From: Oculina patagonica
Taxonomy: Eukaryota
NCBI RefSeq assembly: GCF_052425735.1
Contig: NC_135771.1
Location: 21,142,001 to 21,206,000 of the forward strand
Length of the DNA: 64,000 nucleotides
Direction of reading: 5' to 3'
Below the pieces are notes generated by a model. That model made no database searches and was not told the DNA's origin. It saw only the letters and a program-made list of their open reading frames with translations. Made by a program: the position numbers and the translations under genes. The number at the start of each line of letters is the position of its first letter. Position 1 is the first letter of the stretch. Of this stretch, positions 58,760 through 64,000 are shown piece by piece.

Positions 58760-61700
58760 TGTTGTCTTAAAAAAAGAAAAACAGGCGTTGCAATTAATTT
58801 ATGTACATGAATCAATCTTTTTACCATCAAAGTGGTCGAATGCGCTATGCGTGCGCGGTTCCCGCCAAAACTGCCGTTGCCAGCGCAACAGAATTACCAT
58901 CTAAATGTAAGAATCTTTTAACCCCACAAGCTCCAAGGCGAATGATTTTTTTCTTAATTTTATAAATATAAACCGAATGTCCGTGTTCGATACACCATTT
59001 AAAAGGTATTGTTCAGTATATGTCATAAAACTCATTTATTTAACAAATAAGAAGAAAGTTAAAGCTTAGAAAGAAATGGATTTCAACTGTTACAAGAAAA
59101 AGTTTTTAAAAGTTGTGTAACTCTATATATAGTAGGTATACCCCTAAACTACAGCTTATTATGTGGCTCTCGGCGAAGTGATTACTTTAAGATATGTTGC
59201 GTATACCACAAGCCTATCAAGAAAGTAAGTTTTTAAAGGGATGGTCAGTCAAGTCACAGAAAACGGGGAGGTGCAATTTTGTGCATTCAAAATGCAGGTC
59301 TTTTCTAGACAATTTTTGTCGCAAAAGTTTCAAATTAATTGGACAGATATTAAGCAAGTATATAACAACAGTGTTTTCAGCCTCGAATTGAACGTTTTTC
59401 TCCAGCCCTAAATATAGTTCTTCTTCAAGTCGGTTTTTTCCCGCAATATCAACATTTATCACCATAGCATATTACCGATTATTTCTACAACAACTCCTTG
59501 TTATTTACCTGACAGCAGGTGTTCAGATAAATAAAAGACAGACCAAAAATCCAAGTACCCGTCGGGGTGGGGAGGGAATGTTTTTGTTCAACTCTTTACG
59601 ACGATGAAGATTTTTCATCTCGTTACAATTTTTTATCGTCTCATATCTGAACTGTTCGCTGTCATTATTTCATCCTTATACAGTCTCTTTATGACTGTCG
59701 TAATTGCAGTTTGTTTGGTGCATAAAAGGCTATAAATTAGTCGGGATCTTTTTTCATGTTTTTAAATACGATTATATTCCCTAGTTCTCTGCTTCGGATT
59801 AATTTTCCTACTGCGTTAATAATGGTAAATTAAGCAATAGCACAGTGCGCCAACAGAATAAATTTCAACTACATGAAATGTCCCCATAGCATTTTTGTTT
59901 TCTTTTCAACTAAACTCTGATCCCATTACGTTTTTGTTATGGAATCGGCCGGATTTTCCGCCAAAATATTTTGCTGGCGTTTTCCCTAAATATTTAGCTG
60001 AAAAAAATAACAAAAATAAAGCAGACCTAGCCCATGAAATTTCAAACTGGATATTTTGACAAAATACAAAAGAAAATATCTCTAGGGGTAAGGTTTGCTT
60101 ATGTATACCATCAATAATTATTTATTATTGTAGCTACAATGTAGTTTTTTAAAGTGTTTTGGTAGTCCCGCTGAGTTATTCGGATATTTGGTTGCCCAAA
60201 GCAAAATATTGAGGCAGCCGCCTTTAACGAAGTATCAATTGAAGCGAAAATAGATCAATGATTTTCGATGGCATCGAGAAATTGATAGAGCGGCCGAATA
60301 TTTTTTTTTCTTACTAAGCCTAGCTTTTTTTCGCGTCGTATAACTTTATAACACTGACATTATCTTATACTGTTATAGGGTCTGTTTCATTCCCAAGTGA
60401 ATGCTAGGAATAAACAAGTCAGCAATAAATGCTTGAATCTGTCAGTTGTCCGTATCGGCCGTCAAGTATATGTACAGATGAAAATCTTTGAATTCAACCA
60501 AAACAAATATATCGACATGTTGAGACAAAGCGATGAGAGTTTCACCTTTCACGAGGAATTTTAAACAAAAATCGAATAGCTATAAAGCATTTTCTTACCT
60601 TACTGTGAATAAATGAAGATCTTTGAGGTATTACTTTAACAAGGATTTACGCAAAGGTATAAAGTAGAAGCTTGGTGGCTTGACTGAAGAAAAATGTATA
60701 TTTGTAAAACTGGAGTTAATTGGACGACGCGTTCCAGATAGTGCGAAAAGAAAATAAATTTGCATATTAGTAGACTCTTGACATACCGCGAAGAAAGAAA
60801 ATTTCGGTTTCGTACAACTAATAATTAATCATTTCTGTATTATAGGATCTAACATGATGATCCTCTTTGACGTTTAGCAATATTTTTCAATGTTTAATTA
60901 CCGAGAACATGAAAAACCCTGTTTGAAAACGAAATAGAACTTGGAAGCATGTCAACCGATCGCCACCAGAAATTACCAGAACTTTTACCATTCGATTTAG
61001 CACCTGGAAAAGTGGAATGCGCTGGTACCAGATTGAAATTTCAGTGTATTTACATCAAAACTGAATACAACAAGAAACAAATACTGGACGTCTAGTTAGC
61101 AATGCGTGATGTTTATAAATCGTATCGCTTCGGTTCAACTCTATTCAAAGCTGAAGCATTGATTATATTCCAGCCAAAACCCAGTCCAAAAAATGATCAA
61201 AATTGGAAAAAATTGCATTGAATTTTCGTTACATCTTATTGTAGAAACTTACCTTTAGGAAAACGAAATATAAGTGAACAATATAATCCTCAACAAGCCA
61301 ACAGCTGTGTAATGTTATAGATTTAAGGCCACTGATATAAATGCTTGACCGGCTAGCCACAAAACACAAAACAATAACATTTAGCGCTTCGGGGTTCATT
61401 GTTTTATGAAAGTTTGCCAACTCAGTGTGGTTTTGAAGGCTTGTCGATCATCTATTATTGTATTTCTGACATGTTTACAGAAAACGAAAGATTTTATTGT
61501 GCAGTGTAAACATGAGGTCTTACACTCGATTAAGAACTGAGAAAAAGCACAACTACACAATATTCTCGGAAGTATCTTTCATTCCCTTTGATCTATGTAA
61601 CTGATTGATTTTCTTATCTTGTGATTTCAAATATTTTTTTCAAATCTTCTTATGTTCTCTTCTAATCTTTATAGACAGCATTAAAATGTTGCTTTATAAT

Positions 61701-62047
61701 TATACGAGTTGTAAGGTGAAAAAAATACTGGAAAATGTATACACCTAATTGCAATAAGGTTGTCATAGAATAAAGGAAAAGTCAAAAAGAAAATAATTAA
61801 GCTCATACATGAAATCTATTCGTACAAATGCCCTCAAAATGCCTCAAAATGCGAATAAATCAATTTATCTTGTTACAGCATAAAAAAGTGGACTCAAAGA
61901 ACAAGATAAAAACTCATGAGTTTTCTGTAAATGCTACAAGTTATGAAATTTCGCTAATTAATTCCTATCTACCTTTTTCTATTTTCTTTTTTCTGTGACA
62001 ACGATATTGCAATTGGGTGAATGTGGCTCGGAACTTGGCACGAGTAA

Positions 62048-62389
62048 GAGAGTCTCATTGGGGTGGTGGCTTTTACGGTTAACGGTTAAAATTTTGGCCT
62101 TTTTACGACTAACGGTTAATTTATTTCCATTACGGTTAACAGAAGTTAAAAGTTAATTTTCATTGTTTTTAATAGTTAAAAATCAATTTCCATTATTGAA
62201 AAACGTATTTTAGGTCTTTGGACCATTTTTGGGACGATGAAGAGAACTAGTTTGGGTTATTTATTATCACTGACCGATTTTTACGGTTAACACATTTTAC
62301 GGCTAACGGTTAAAATTTTCCATTTTTTACGCCTAACGGCTAAATTTTTGGCCGTTTTACGGCTAACGGTTAACCCCATTGAGACCCTC
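62048..62389. mobile_element. MITE with 6-bp TSD GAGTAA and internal ACGGTTA subrepeats
   Basis: GAGAGTCTCATTGGGG...CCCCATTGAGACCCTC. Confidence 0.82.
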
Positions 62390-64000
62390 GAGTAACACTG
62401 TCTAGTTCCTAGGTCTCCCGCGTCCCTTGAGCTTGGTCAAGTGATCGATCGGGGATCGGCGATTCTTCAGAAAATAAAAGTAAAGCAAAAATGCTGATTT
62501 GTTTTTTTTATGGTTGCACCGTGTTGAGGGACAGCAGAAGGCAGATTATCGACGGTGGCAAAAGAATCCGCAGAAAAATCAAGAAAGATAAAAATCCTCT
62601 ACAAGTCAAAGCTTATCCAATAAGCCCTCCCCTCCCCCGTTTCCCACAAGAATGGGCCTGCGGGATCCCTTTCAAGTGTGTACTCATTCATTAACTTTAT
62701 GTGTGAACTTTACCAGTAAATCTTTTACGATTGCTCAATCAAATGTCACTTGTACCTTTAATAGCTGTCATAGCCTTTCCATGAGAAACCGAGAAGTCAA
62801 TCATCTTCTCAGATCATAAGACTTTGGCGTTCTGACTTGGCGTTCTGACTGACCTGACTGACTAGAACGCCAAGCTCCCGGCCAAGCTACGCTGGCCATG
62901 TGTTGCTTTGAAGTTCGATTGAAATTAAATATCACTGCGCAAGTTTTTCCTTCAAGAGTTAAAAAACTGCAATGAAATTTGAAATTCTTACCTAGGCTCC
63001 CTCTTATAACCGTTGTGTTTTCTATTCTTTTGCTGCAGGCTGCTTTTGCTGTTTATCCCGTTTGACAAATGTCTTCTCGATAAATCATCAAAAAGATGTT
63101 ATTACAGTGAAATCGGCTTATTACTAATTAACTTTAATACGAAACCATTGTTCAGGGAATTTATTATTGTGTCGGAAATAAAGATGGGTGTCTGGCGTCT
63201 GTCGACTGACGAAGAATATCGAGTAAATTACTCTCGCAATATTCTTCAGATTTTGAAATAGATTACAGAAGACTGGCTATATTTTGGAGTCCTACTATAC
63301 TGTAGTATTAAAGATTTAGAACAATAAATGCTTTCTAATAATCGTTTTACACGTTAAAAACCATTCTCTAATCAGTTGCGTTCCTCGTATGAATACTTGA
63401 CCTGCCTAAAGTTTGCCAACCATATATAAATCTAGAGGCGACTGAACTTTATAAGCGATTCCACTTTGATATACTATTATAGTGTTAAGAGTTGATGCCA
63501 AAAATAGAATATTAACACGAAAATTGACTATGTGTAGTGTAAATTGACTATGTTAGCGCTCTGTTCAATAGCTATCGATTTTCGCAAAAGCATTATAGCA
63601 GATCAGGAATTTCTAGCTATTAAAAGTATCTTAATAAGAGACTTCATCCTTAAACTTCTCTTTCCATCACTACAGACGTTTAAGTTTCGTGAAATAGATA
63701 TATACAGAATTGCAACCTACCTTAAGCAAATCTTTATCGAATTCAATGGGAACTTGATTCATTTCGACACCGTCTTTTCATTGAGTTAATAAATTATTTG
63801 CCGTAAATTAATGGACGTGAAATAGAAAGCCTCCTGCTGTGTTAGATCTCAAGGTTAAGCCGTATGTAGCTGACGTTTGCCCTTGTATATTTTTATAGAG
63901 TGTTGAGAGCCAAAACAACATTCGAAGGGTATTATAGGGGTGTGTCAGGTTATTTTAACAACTTGTTTATCATATCGAGAAGGCCAATGTCAAGAAAATA

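Noticed and set aside
58359-58904. 181-aa plus-strand ORF, and other antisense ORFs over exons
   Set aside because: Shadow ORFs of genes on the opposite strand.

Overview
AT-rich, intron-rich eukaryotic DNA. The repeat types and domain style suggest a cnidarian, probably a stony coral (inference). About 47 kb of the window (1-47377, minus strand) is one giant multi-exon gene that the ORF track shows only in fragments. I joined 39 coding exons by hand using splice sites and reading phase; the model is about 9,280 nt (>3,090 aa) and runs off the left edge. Architecture: signal peptide, PA14, then 7 discoidin (F5/8 type C), 11 fibronectin type III and 3 C-type lectin domains with a Pro/Thr micro-exon linker. 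These are followed by a GluR0-like channel module: S1 lobe, M1, P-loop with an intact K+ filter TVGYGD, M2, S2 lobe. The product would be a putative K+-selective, iGluR-topology channel carrying a roughly 2,800-aa lectin/adhesion ectodomain. The middle of the ectodomain is a recent tandem array of FN3+discoidin units showing exon loss, a GC donor and variable discoidin loops. The rest of the window holds a 36-bp satellite, many MITEs, SINE and LINE fragments, and two convergent low-complexity genes (one CCDC190-like) that share an RRRSxSLxDL motif. All alignments were done by eye; no database searches were run.
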